Positions 20,261 to 28,554 of a stretch of 64,000 nucleotides of DNA are shown one piece after another. Position 1 is the first letter of the stretch; every line of letters starts with the position of its first letter. Under the pieces are notes generated by a model. That model was not told where the DNA came from. It saw only the letters and a list, made by a program, of their open reading frames with translations, and did not search any database. The position numbers and the translations under genes are program-made. Origin of the DNA: an uncultured Oscillospiraceae bacterium (GTDB lineage: Bacteria; Bacillota; Clostridia; Christensenellales; CAG-314); assembly GCA_964607155.1 (NCBI GenBank), contig CAZSIF010000009.1, forward strand, positions 6,795-70,794, in the 5' to 3' direction.

Positions 20261-20539
20261 CAATTTTATTTTGTTTATCGCCTTACGCTCAGAGCAAGCC
20301 GCTTCTACGTCAAAAGACTGCTGTATGTAGCATAGTCAACCGCCGATTGCCTACACGTCCCCACAGGAACGCCGCTAAAAATCCCATAGGCAAATTACCA
20401 CGTTTTGCACGCCAATCGGCATACACTCCCCCTTGTCACAAAAGTTGTCTAACCATATAAAGTCACGAATACCACTCGTGTGCACACAAAATGCACCCCA
20501 AAACACCAGTAATGAGCCTTGAAATGCGGTTAATGCGCA

Positions 20540-21550
20540 TTATCTTTGTTTTTTGTTGTATTTTGATATTTGCTTGAATTTTGCGCGCTTAGCCGAAAGA
20601 TATGCGTCACTATCCTTATTGTAGTCGTTTTCCGCAAGCAGTTTGCGATAGGAATCCAACCGCTCCTGCGACGAGGTTCCATCTGCGATGGCTTTGCGAA
20701 CGGCACAGTCGGGCTCCGTAGTGTGGGTACAATCGGAAAACCGACATCGAGCGGCAAGTTCATCGATATCGGCAAAGGTTTTATCCAATCCATCGTCCGC
20801 CGCCCACATACCCAACTCACGCATGCCGGGAGTATCAATAACGAATGCGCCGCTTGATAGGGCAAACAGTCTACGCGAAGTTGTTGTGTGTCGCCCCTTA
20901 TCATCATTGCGAAGCCCGTTTGTGCGCAGCTCGCTTGTGCCGATAAGCTTGTTTATTAGAGCGGATTTACCCACGCCCGACGAGCCGATAAAAGCCACCG
21001 TTGTACCAGCCGTCAAATACGGCAGCAAAGCCTTTTCGCCGTCCGCCAACAACGAGCTGACGGCAACCACGTCCACGCCGACGGCAACATCGGCAACCTC
21101 AGTCAACATCAAGTCAAGATTGCTACACAAATCTCGTTTGGTGAGCACCACAACGGGTGTCGCGCCACTTTCCCATGCGACAGAGAGATATCTTTCCAGC
21201 CTGCGAAGGTTAAAATCGTTGTTTAACGACATACACACAAAAAGCACGTCCACGTTTGCGGCGATTAGCTGCTGCGCGCGGTCGCCACCTGCCTTTTTAC
21301 GAACCACAAGACTTTTACGGGGCAAAACTTCCGTTATTGAGGCGCGCCCCGAGGATGTGCTCACACGGACGTAATCCCCCACAACAGGCAAATCCGTCGC
21401 CCGCATGGCTTGATATCGCAATTTTCCGTTAATTTCCGCAAAACACTGCTGTTCTGACATTTCAACCACATACAAGCCACGCTCCTGCGAACAGACTCTT
21501 GCTATGTCGTTGCCCCCAAAATTATTGTTGTTATTATTGTTGTTGTTCAT
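20540..21550 (-). CDS. rsgA: Ribosome small-subunit biogenesis GTPase RsgA (YjeQ)
   Basis: Circularly permuted GTPase order: 'VLTKRDL' (G4), 'GSSGVGKSALINKL' (G1), 'DTPGMRE' (G3). C-terminal Zn knuckle 'CRFSDCTHTTEPDCAV'. Start moved to ATG 21550 (AAGGTG SD). Confidence 0.9.
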   Translation of the reverse strand: MNNNNNNNNNFGGNDIARVCSQERGLYVVEMSEQQCFAEINGKLRYQAMRATDLPVVGDYVRVSTSSGRASITEVLPRKSLVVRKKAGGDRAQQLIAANVDVLFVCMSLNNDFNLRRLERYLSVAWESGATPVVVLTKRDLCSNLDLMLTEVADVAVGVDVVAVSSLLADGEKALLPYLTAGTTVAFIGSSGVGKSALINKLIGTSELRTNGLRNDDKGRHTTTSRRLFALSSGAFVIDTPGMRELGMWAADDGLDKTFADIDELAARCRFSDCTHTTEPDCAVRKAIADGTSSQERLDSYRKLLAENDYNKDSDAYLSAKRAKFKQISKYNKKQR

Positions 21551-21646
21551 TTCGTCACCTTTTTGCAAAAACAAAAAAGCCCGATTCGAACGTCTACCGA
21601 GTGCCGAAAGCCAAACGCCACATCCGCACCACGGTATCAAAGCCCA

Positions 21647-22399
21647 TTATATTCCGAAAATTAACACCAACACCACAAAATGAAGCGGATAGTATATGTA
21701 AAACAACCACTTTACCACCTTGTTGACAGTCGGGTTGGTGCCGCGCTTGCCATTGTACAATGCCAAAAGCGGTATAGATAAAACCACTCCGAATTGCAAA
21801 AACGCATACAGCTTATCCAGCGCGAAAAAGTACACCGCGGCGTACATTGAAACATACAGCATACACCATGCAATTTGCTTGCGAGGTTCACCACGATTGC
21901 TACCGATAGCGCACACGCACAACGCCGCGATGCAACTCCAATCCGCAGGGAAGCTAACAAAGCATATCACCAGTGCGATTAACACCTTTTGCCACTGTTT
22001 GAGCTTTTCGCTCATCGACACCCGTAGCAACACCAAGCCCCAAGCAAGCGACCAAATTACACTTGCATAATTGAAAAACTGCCCGTTATAAAACGGAATG
22101 AGCGAGGTTATATCACTATAGCTCATTGACCACAGCATGTACGGGACGTGCGAAATAAGGGCAAAAATAAACAATCGTGCCGTATATTTGTTGACGTCGC
22201 GCGTATAATGAAAGCCCTCTGCAATAAAGTAGCACATAATGGGACAAGTTAGACGTCCAATAAGGTGCATCACTATCGCCACCGGATGAGTTGAATACCC
22301 CGGAAAAAGTTTCCACGCCGTGTGATCGATGGTCATTGCAACAATAGCAATGAGCTTTAACACGTTAGAATTGAGTTTTTTATATTTTTGTAATTCCAT
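21647..22399 (-). CDS. TraX-family polytopic membrane protein
   Basis: 250 aa with multiple TM helices. The N-terminal 'LKLIAIVAMTIDHTAW' matches the TraX-family signature as I remember it. No SD is visible at the ATG. Confidence 0.7.
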   Translation of the reverse strand: MELQKYKKLNSNVLKLIAIVAMTIDHTAWKLFPGYSTHPVAIVMHLIGRLTCPIMCYFIAEGFHYTRDVNKYTARLFIFALISHVPYMLWSMSYSDITSLIPFYNGQFFNYASVIWSLAWGLVLLRVSMSEKLKQWQKVLIALVICFVSFPADWSCIAALCVCAIGSNRGEPRKQIAWCMLYVSMYAAVYFFALDKLYAFLQFGVVLSIPLLALYNGKRGTNPTVNKVVKWLFYIYYPLHFVVLVLIFGI

Positions 22400-22473
22400 A
22401 ATATTATTTTTTTGTTTATTGTATTTATTTAATGTTTAATGCGCCAAATATCCGCATTAAAAGCCGTTTATGG

Positions 22474-23160
22474 TCACTTATTTGATGCGCTTGCGATTTG
22501 AGCATACACGTCTTCCGGAATCATCGGCGAACAAATTTGTTCAAGTAACGCGCCATCTACCACACCTTTAGAAGCAAACTGCACACCCGCCTGACGCACC
22601 AGTTCTAAGCGCGGTGCGGTAACCTCCTGCGCCTCCGCGACATTGAACATCGGACTTTCCGGCACCGTGATAACGGTACGATTTTGCGGAAACAACAGTC
22701 CGAATTGTGCAACGGCAGGCTCAAAATTGTGCTTGCTATTAGGGAAGCCGCAACCGCAAACCATAACATAACGCAGTTTGGAATAATCAGCCTTGCACAC
22801 ATGCTCGTAGCGGTCGCCCACTTTGACCATTTCCATCTTGGAAAGTGGCAAAATACGGTCTATAACAGCCTTTAACGACGCCGGCATGCCGTAGCAGTAA
22901 AGAGGATAATTTAGCAACAGCACATCGGACGACAAGATTTTATTCAATATGCTTTCCATGTCATCGCAAATAACGCATTTGCCGTCCGTGCGCGTACACG
23001 CAAAGCAGCCGCGACAATATTCGACGTGCAAATCAACCGTGTTTATCACCTCGATTTGTGCATCTGCCACATCGCAAACACCTTGCAAGAATGCCCTTGT
23101 GATACACATTGTATCACTCTTGTCCCGCTTGGGACTTCCGTTTAATACTAAAACCCTCAC
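22474..23160 (-). CDS. Flavodoxin-fold NAD(P)H-dependent FMN reductase / iron-sulfur flavoprotein-like protein
   Basis: 'MRVLVLNGSPKRDKS' flavodoxin-like N-terminus and compact Cys motif 'CRGCFACTRTDGKC'. GTG start at 23160 with an AGGGGGA SD. Confidence 0.7.
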   Translation of the reverse strand: MRVLVLNGSPKRDKSDTMCITRAFLQGVCDVADAQIEVINTVDLHVEYCRGCFACTRTDGKCVICDDMESILNKILSSDVLLLNYPLYCYGMPASLKAVIDRILPLSKMEMVKVGDRYEHVCKADYSKLRYVMVCGCGFPNSKHNFEPAVAQFGLLFPQNRTVITVPESPMFNVAEAQEVTAPRLELVRQAGVQFASKGVVDGALLEQICSPMIPEDVYAQIASASNK

Positions 23161-23208
23161 ACTAAATTCCCCCTTTTTGTGCTATGATATATTTTTTTTC
23201 GCGCAACC

Positions 23209-23742
23209 TTATTGTACGGTATCGTTATCGCTCTTATCTGCCCGAGCAACACAATCGGCACCCAAGTCGCACAGCAACGCAATCAGCAAATAAACTATGC
23301 CTGCACCGATACTGAAATCAGTATTTGCGGCACTCTGCACGCCAAATATCGCACAGATAATTGCGCACACAATGCTTGCGACAACTGCAGTAATTATTTG
23401 AGTCAGCCCAAGCTTTGCAGTTTGCTTTACCAAATCCTTATCGAAGGGCGTGCCCAACTCAAGTTCCCTAACAAACAGCTTTTTTGCAAGACTTGCAAGG
23501 TAAGCGCACACACCACAAGATATAACGCCGCAAACGCAATCACACACGGCGTTGATAAATTTCGTTTCCTCATCGGCATTTGCAACTATCCAGTTCCACA
23601 CCTGCGAGGCTTCGCCCAACACGCCCAAAAGCAATGCACCAATCGCGCAACACACTGCACCTATACAGCCGCACCAATAGCAAATTACCGCAACTATTTT
23701 TGCGATTTTAACAACCTTTTGCACCCTATCCAAACTTTTCAT
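23209..23742 (-). CDS. Cys-rich polytopic membrane protein, function unknown
   Basis: 177 aa with 3-4 predicted TM helices that contain many Cys residues. GGGAGA SD. The overlapping plus-strand ORF (23212..23763) has a non-protein-like composition. Confidence 0.6.
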   Translation of the reverse strand: MKSLDRVQKVVKIAKIVAVICYWCGCIGAVCCAIGALLLGVLGEASQVWNWIVANADEETKFINAVCDCVCGVISCGVCAYLASLAKKLFVRELELGTPFDKDLVKQTAKLGLTQIITAVVASIVCAIICAIFGVQSAANTDFSIGAGIVYLLIALLCDLGADCVARADKSDNDTVQ

Positions 23743-23856
23743 AACAAATTCTCCCTTTTATAATTATTTTTATATCCCTTATTTATTTGTTCGCATAATC
23801 GTCAAACGCCCCGTTAACGTCAGCTAAACGACGCATTTAATACATTTTAAGGCAAC

Positions 23857-24723
23857 TTAGTGGCTGCCAGATAAATACACCGAGCCGCTTGTGCACTTGA
23901 CGCGCAACGCGCACGCCCCGCTACCGACAACGTACTCGTTTCCGTTTTGAGCATGCTCAACAGATACAACCTTGGAACCGCTCGTTGTGATTAGGCTTGC
24001 CGTTACGCCACGCGCGATATCCTGCAAGCGCAGCCTTACCGAGCCGCTTGTACTATCGACATTCACCTGTTCACAAGCGGACGTAATATTAAAACTCACA
24101 CTGCCGCTCGTGGAATTGACCTGCACTTGCTTTGCAGCAACATCGCCAAGCGAAACACTTCCGGAAGTCGTACGAACCTTAAGGCTATTGCACATTATTG
24201 CATTCGTTTTAATTGCCCCACTTGTGCTCCCCAAATCAACCGTGTTTGCAACAACACTGCTTGCGCAAAAACTTCCGGACATTTTGTCGACCACTACGCT
24301 ATCCGCCACGACGTCCTCACAGCGAATTTCACCGCTTGTAGACGTTATTTTAACACTCACGCCGCTCGGCACAACGACCGTAACGCTTTTATCCGAAGGA
24401 TTGACTGACGAAGCATAAGCGCTTTTCCAAAACTGAACGCACAAAACACCGTCTTTTACAACACTGCGCACGCGTTGCTCCTCCTGTAGCTCCTCCGCGC
24501 TCTCCGACACCGCCGTTTGTTCACCGTTTTCAACAACAAGCTGTCCGCATTTCCACACAACTTCAACGGCAGTTATCTGTTCTGCATACGTCTTACTGCC
24601 CACATTATAGCCGTCATCGTCGTACGCATCGCCCGTAACAAACGAGTACCTGCACCCGATAAGTACCGTCACGCTTACCGCCAATAAAACAACGGCAAGC
24701 AACAATGATAATGCTCTTTTCAC
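23857..24723 (-). CDS. DUF4097-like (putative adhesin / beta-helical) lipoprotein
   Basis: Repeated 'TSGS(V/I)' strands every ~20 aa in the C-terminal half. Signal peptide with Cys (VTVLIGC). GTG start with an AAGGAGAGAGG SD. Confidence 0.7.
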   Translation of the reverse strand: MKRALSLLLAVVLLAVSVTVLIGCRYSFVTGDAYDDDGYNVGSKTYAEQITAVEVVWKCGQLVVENGEQTAVSESAEELQEEQRVRSVVKDGVLCVQFWKSAYASSVNPSDKSVTVVVPSGVSVKITSTSGEIRCEDVVADSVVVDKMSGSFCASSVVANTVDLGSTSGAIKTNAIMCNSLKVRTTSGSVSLGDVAAKQVQVNSTSGSVSFNITSACEQVNVDSTSGSVRLRLQDIARGVTASLITTSGSKVVSVEHAQNGNEYVVGSGACALRVKCTSGSVYLSGSH

Positions 24724-24826
24724 AGCCCTCTCTCCTTACATAATTTTAATCTATTTTTTCTGCTTTTTCAAGCCCCTTTTGCAATAGTTTTCAACAAATC
24801 AGCACATTTCCGCGCCATTATCGCGC

Positions 24827-25456
24827 TCAAAGGTTTTCGCCAACATCCACGTCGGCACCGCATCGCCTCATTTTTGCCGACACCTCGTCATCCAAACCCA
24901 AAATAAGATTAACCGTTTGGCGCACCGAAGCGTTTGCGTCCAGCACCCACTCTGTGGATTCGTGCAAAATAAGACTGCCTACACCGTGCGACAAAAACAC
25001 GGCTGCCGTCCTATCGTCCATCAAGGGTTTTGCCCCAAATCGTTTTAGGCTAACAATTATCCTTTCGATATACGGTTCGATGACGGTAAGCGTTTGCTCC
25101 CGTATCGCCCAGCGTGTCGTTCGATGCATAACCGAAGCGTAACGCCCCCTGAACTCCGCTGTTTTATCCAACATATATTCAAAAAAATGCAACAGCGCTT
25201 GATACGGCTTGACTTCTGCAGCCAAGGCAAGGCGTTCAAAGTCCACCTTGTACGGCGCAAAAAAGTTGTCCATAACGTCCGAAAACAGGTCGTCTTTGCA
25301 TTTATAGTAGTAATAAAACAGCCCTACCTCGCACCCGATTTCGTCCGTTATTCCACGAATGCTTGTGCCGTCGTAGCCCTTGCGGAAAAACTTTGCAGTG
25401 GCAACCTCAATTATTTTATTTTTGGTGCCGCCGTCGTACTTCGGTTTTCGTGCCAT
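24827..25456 (-). CDS. TetR/AcrR-family transcriptional regulator
   Basis: N-terminal HTH 'KIIEVATAKFFRKGYDGTSIRGITDEIGCEVGLFYYYYKCKDDLF'. 209 aa. GGGAGGTG SD. Confidence 0.85.
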   Translation of the reverse strand: MARKPKYDGGTKNKIIEVATAKFFRKGYDGTSIRGITDEIGCEVGLFYYYYKCKDDLFSDVMDNFFAPYKVDFERLALAAEVKPYQALLHFFEYMLDKTAEFRGRYASVMHRTTRWAIREQTLTVIEPYIERIIVSLKRFGAKPLMDDRTAAVFLSHGVGSLILHESTEWVLDANASVRQTVNLILGLDDEVSAKMRRCGADVDVGENL

Positions 25457-25653
25457 GCTCGCACCTCCCTTGATAAATCAGCCTGAACGCAACAATGCAT
25501 ATTACTGAACTTTGTTCAATAATACAGCTGTCCCTACTGCGATGTCAAGCAATAACAACAAATTCCTGAATATTGTACAATAATTTTAGCGCACGCACAA
25601 CCAATCGACAGTTGCATTTACGCAACTCTCAGTTGCAAATTGCCTTTTGCCAC

Positions 25654-25686
25654 AAAAAAAATGCGGACTTGATTACTCAAATCCGC
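25654..25686 (-). terminator. Rho-independent terminator of the hydrogenase transcription unit
   Basis: On the minus strand: GCGGATTTGA-GTAA-TCAAGTCCGC (9 of 10 pairs) followed by A + T8. It lies ~134 nt downstream of the stop at 25820. Confidence 0.75.
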
Positions 25687-25819
25687 AAATTCTAATTATT
25701 TACTACAATAGTTCGGCAAACATTTGTCCCACAGCAAGCGATATTCCAAAGCATCAAGTTCAACGTCAACTTGATTGCGCAAGAGTATCAGCCTTGCCAC
25801 ACACAAGACAGCGCAAATG

Positions 25820-27244
25820 TTACTTCAACACGGACACCGCGTCTGAGATAGTTTTTTCGTATGCTTCCATACCGTATTTATCCACCTCGCGTTTGTTCTT
25901 TTCGCCGTGAGTGAGGCAACCGGCGCCACCGATGCAACCGCCAACGCAAGCCATTCCCTCGATAAAGTTAGCATCCAACTTGCCCTTGGCTTTTTGCAAA
26001 AGCGCAAGCTTGCACGCCTCGATACCGTCGCAAACACATGGCTTAAGCTCAAAATCGGTAAGCCCTTGTTCCTTCAACCCCTGAACGACCGCATCCGATA
26101 ATCCGCCGGAACGAGCAAATATTCTGCCGAAGTACGAAGCGTTATCCAGCACGCCCTCCTCGAGCGTCGTTATGTCAACGTCCTTGCTATCAAACAACGC
26201 CTGCAACTCTTCAAAAGTGATAACGGAATCAACATACGGCTTGACCGTTTCCTTTTGGAACTCCATCTTTTTTGCCGTGCACGGCCCGATAAACACAACT
26301 TTACAGGGAGATTCGTGCTCCTTGATATACTTTGCGAGAGTGCCCATCGGCGACAGATTGTGCGAAACAAGCGGTTTGAGCTCGGGATAATTCTTGTCGA
26401 TAAAATCCACAAAAGCAGGGCAACAGCTGCTAGTCAAAAAGCCCTTTTCGTAAAGCTCACGCGACTCTGCCTCTGCGACCATATCCGCCCCCAAAGCAGC
26501 CTCGATAACAGTGTAAAACCCAAGCTCTTTCAAGCCAGTGATGACCTGCCCGAGCTTGCCATAAGTAAACTGACTGGAAATGGACGGCGCAACAATTGCA
26601 AACACCTTGTATTTAGTGTTATTGTTACTTTTTTTGATAATGTCAATAACGTTAAGAATAAACGACTTATCCGTAATTGCGCCGAACGGACATTGATACA
26701 CGCATGCGCCGCACGAAATGCATTTATTATTGTTTATGCACGCTTGTTTTTCGTCGCCCATCGAAATGGCTTTTACCTTACAAGCCGTTTCACACGGACG
26801 CTTGTAGTTGTGTATTGCGCTGTACGGACAAACCTTTGAGCATGCGCCGCACTCCTTACACTTGGATTTATCTATATGCGCCACATGGTTTGCGTCAAAT
26901 GTGATTGCGCCAAAACGACAAACATCCTCGCAACGGTGCGCCAGACAGCCGCGGCAAGCATTTGTGACTTCGTAACCACCCATAGGGCACTCGTCACAGG
27001 CAATATCGATAACCTCGATCACGTTGGGGTTTTGCTTATCACCGCCCATCGCAAGCTTTACGCGCTCGGCAAGAATTGCGCGTTCCTTGTACACACAGCA
27101 ACGCATCGTGGGCACCTTGCCCGGGACTATACGCTTGGGGATATCTATTGCCGTTTCGTGCAAAGTATCCGCCCAAGCATCGCGCGCAACCTCGCGCAAA
27201 ACCTTGTATTTAAGGTGCTGAACCTTAGTATCGAATTTTCTCAT
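25820..27244 (-). CDS. Monomeric [FeFe] hydrogenase, group-B-like (N-terminal multi-[4Fe-4S] ferredoxin region + H-domain)
   Basis: H-cluster motifs 'TSSCCPAFV', 'FIGPCTAKKME', 'EGMACVGGCIGGAGC'. Two CxxCxxCxxxCP ferredoxin motifs (CKECGACSKVCP, CISCGACVYQCP). AGAGG SD. Confidence 0.85.
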   Translation of the reverse strand: MRKFDTKVQHLKYKVLREVARDAWADTLHETAIDIPKRIVPGKVPTMRCCVYKERAILAERVKLAMGGDKQNPNVIEVIDIACDECPMGGYEVTNACRGCLAHRCEDVCRFGAITFDANHVAHIDKSKCKECGACSKVCPYSAIHNYKRPCETACKVKAISMGDEKQACINNNKCISCGACVYQCPFGAITDKSFILNVIDIIKKSNNNTKYKVFAIVAPSISSQFTYGKLGQVITGLKELGFYTVIEAALGADMVAEAESRELYEKGFLTSSCCPAFVDFIDKNYPELKPLVSHNLSPMGTLAKYIKEHESPCKVVFIGPCTAKKMEFQKETVKPYVDSVITFEELQALFDSKDVDITTLEEGVLDNASYFGRIFARSGGLSDAVVQGLKEQGLTDFELKPCVCDGIEACKLALLQKAKGKLDANFIEGMACVGGCIGGAGCLTHGEKNKREVDKYGMEAYEKTISDAVSVLK

Positions 27245-27302
27245 AAATACAACCTCTAAAGAATGTTAAATTATTTATCGTGGACATAAACCACATCTAA
27301 AG

Positions 27303-27337
27303 CGCCGTTATTGCGACGTCGAAGCTCGATAACGGCG
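27303..27337 (-). other. Stem-loop between the phosphatase and hydrogenase genes (weak terminator/attenuator candidate)
   Basis: 9-bp stem CGCCGTTAT/ATAACGGCG with a 17-nt loop. Only a short U-run (CTTT) follows on the minus strand. Confidence 0.3.
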
Positions 27338-27381
27338 GCGTTTGAGAATCGCTATCCTCGTCTGCGCCATCGAGCGACATA

Positions 27382-28554
27382 TTAAAAGTACGATACGATA
27401 ATCCGCTTACCCATCTTTGTAAGACATGCCGAGAGTTCCTCGACAAGATTCATTTTGATATTAAAGTTGATGGGCAAATTCGGGTTTTGGTGCGCAGGGT
27501 TAATTGCACGCCCCACAAAAAAGCTTATGTCCGTCGCTTCTTCAAAAAGCAGTCTTGAAATAAGCGACGCGCCGTCATGACGAACACTCCACTCGTCATA
27601 TAGTTTGTTATCAGCAATATAGTCCTTGGCGTAAGTCAACACCTTATTTATGGTAATAACGCCCTCGGTAACTAAATCAACACCCTCTATTTCCGCAATA
27701 GGAGGCACGTCGCTCGCCTCAAAAACAAGGCTGGGCTTTATCGGCTTGTTCAGATACCGTGCCACCACAGAGGAAGTTGTTCCGCCGCAAACGATATGTT
27801 TTCCGTTTTTGGAAAAGAACAGCGACGCCATGCGCATACTGTCGTTTTTATCCGACGACGGGCCAAACATTATATTTACGGGATTGCGCTTGCGAATACG
27901 CGCCACACACACCGTTGCGTCGTCGCCGGGCTTGCCGCCATACAAACGTTCGCACTCATCAACCAGCAAGGTCGCAAGATTTTTTGCAGTGTAACCGGCA
28001 TAAGCCAACGGAGCAATGAACTCTGCAATGTTATCCAGCTTCCAACCAAAGTTATAGGTAAGCCCCGTGCCCGCATGCGGACAGCCGTCGCTCATGGCAA
28101 CAATCACATCGTCTTCCCGCAGCGTTAGCGTAGAGCGATAAATCTTTTTTCCATCAATATTTAACTGGGTTTTTTCGTACTCCTCGCTTTTGCCGTTACG
28201 CAGCAGCAGCACGGTAGGGTTATCGTACTGCATAATATCCACCTTTTCGTTGTTCAAAAAGTGCAATATCGTAAAAGTGGAATAGGCAACGCCGCGCACC
28301 GAGCAGACCGGCAAGGTGGTAGCTATTGTTTTAACACAATCCTCCAACGATAACCCTTCGGATATCATGGTGGATATAATTTTGGACGTCAGCGTGGACA
28401 GAATACTTGCCTTTACGCCGCTACCCAAACCATCGGCAAGTACCACCACGGACGACCCCTCACCGGGATCAACTATATCTATATGGTCGCCGCACAGCTG
28501 CTCGCCGTAATGATTGATGCTTTTGTATCCTATTTCAAAACAAAGGTCATTCAT
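27382..28554 (-). CDS. SpoIIE/PP2C-family serine phosphatase with an uncharacterised ~190-aa C-terminal domain
   Basis: 'GEQLCGDHIDIV...VVVLADGLGSGVKASILS...AMSDGCPHAG' PP2C/SpoIIE-type metal-binding motifs. Start moved to ATG 28554, which overlaps the hydS stop by 8 nt (ATGAATGA). Confidence 0.8.
   Translation of the reverse strand: MNDLCFEIGYKSINHYGEQLCGDHIDIVDPGEGSSVVVLADGLGSGVKASILSTLTSKIISTMISEGLSLEDCVKTIATTLPVCSVRGVAYSTFTILHFLNNEKVDIMQYDNPTVLLLRNGKSEEYEKTQLNIDGKKIYRSTLTLREDDVIVAMSDGCPHAGTGLTYNFGWKLDNIAEFIAPLAYAGYTAKNLATLLVDECERLYGGKPGDDATVCVARIRKRNPVNIMFGPSSDKNDSMRMASLFFSKNGKHIVCGGTTSSVVARYLNKPIKPSLVFEASDVPPIAEIEGVDLVTEGVITINKVLTYAKDYIADNKLYDEWSVRHDGASLISRLLFEEATDISFFVGRAINPAHQNPNLPINFNIKMNLVEELSACLTKMGKRIIVSYF

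Noticed and set aside
21647-22399. TraX-family gene as a possible marker of a conjugative or mobile element.
   Set aside because: There is no relaxase, coupling protein, T4SS, integrase or repeat boundary anywhere nearby. Chromosomal TraX-family membrane proteins are common in Firmicutes outside mobile elements.
23212-23763. 183-aa plus-strand ORF fully overlapping the minus-strand membrane-protein gene.
   Set aside because: It has no SD and is rich in Cys, Asn, His and Gln, with no hydrophobic core pattern. The minus-strand frame has an SD and clear TM helices.
27258-27282. Candidate Rex operators near the hydrogenase start (AATGTTAAATTATTTATCG) and in the rex promoter spacer (35042-35058, GTGTTAATCGATAAAA).
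   Set aside because: Only one half-site (TGTTAA/TTAACA) matches the TTGTTAA-N4-TTAACAA consensus in each case, at about 9 of 14 positions. That is too weak to call without a PWM scan, so they are kept only as a hypothesis inside finding 34384-35106.
27382-28554. SpoIIE-family phosphatase as the sporulation protein SpoIIE.
   Set aside because: It lacks the large N-terminal multi-TM domain of SpoIIE and there are no spoIIA genes nearby. It is translationally coupled to hydS.
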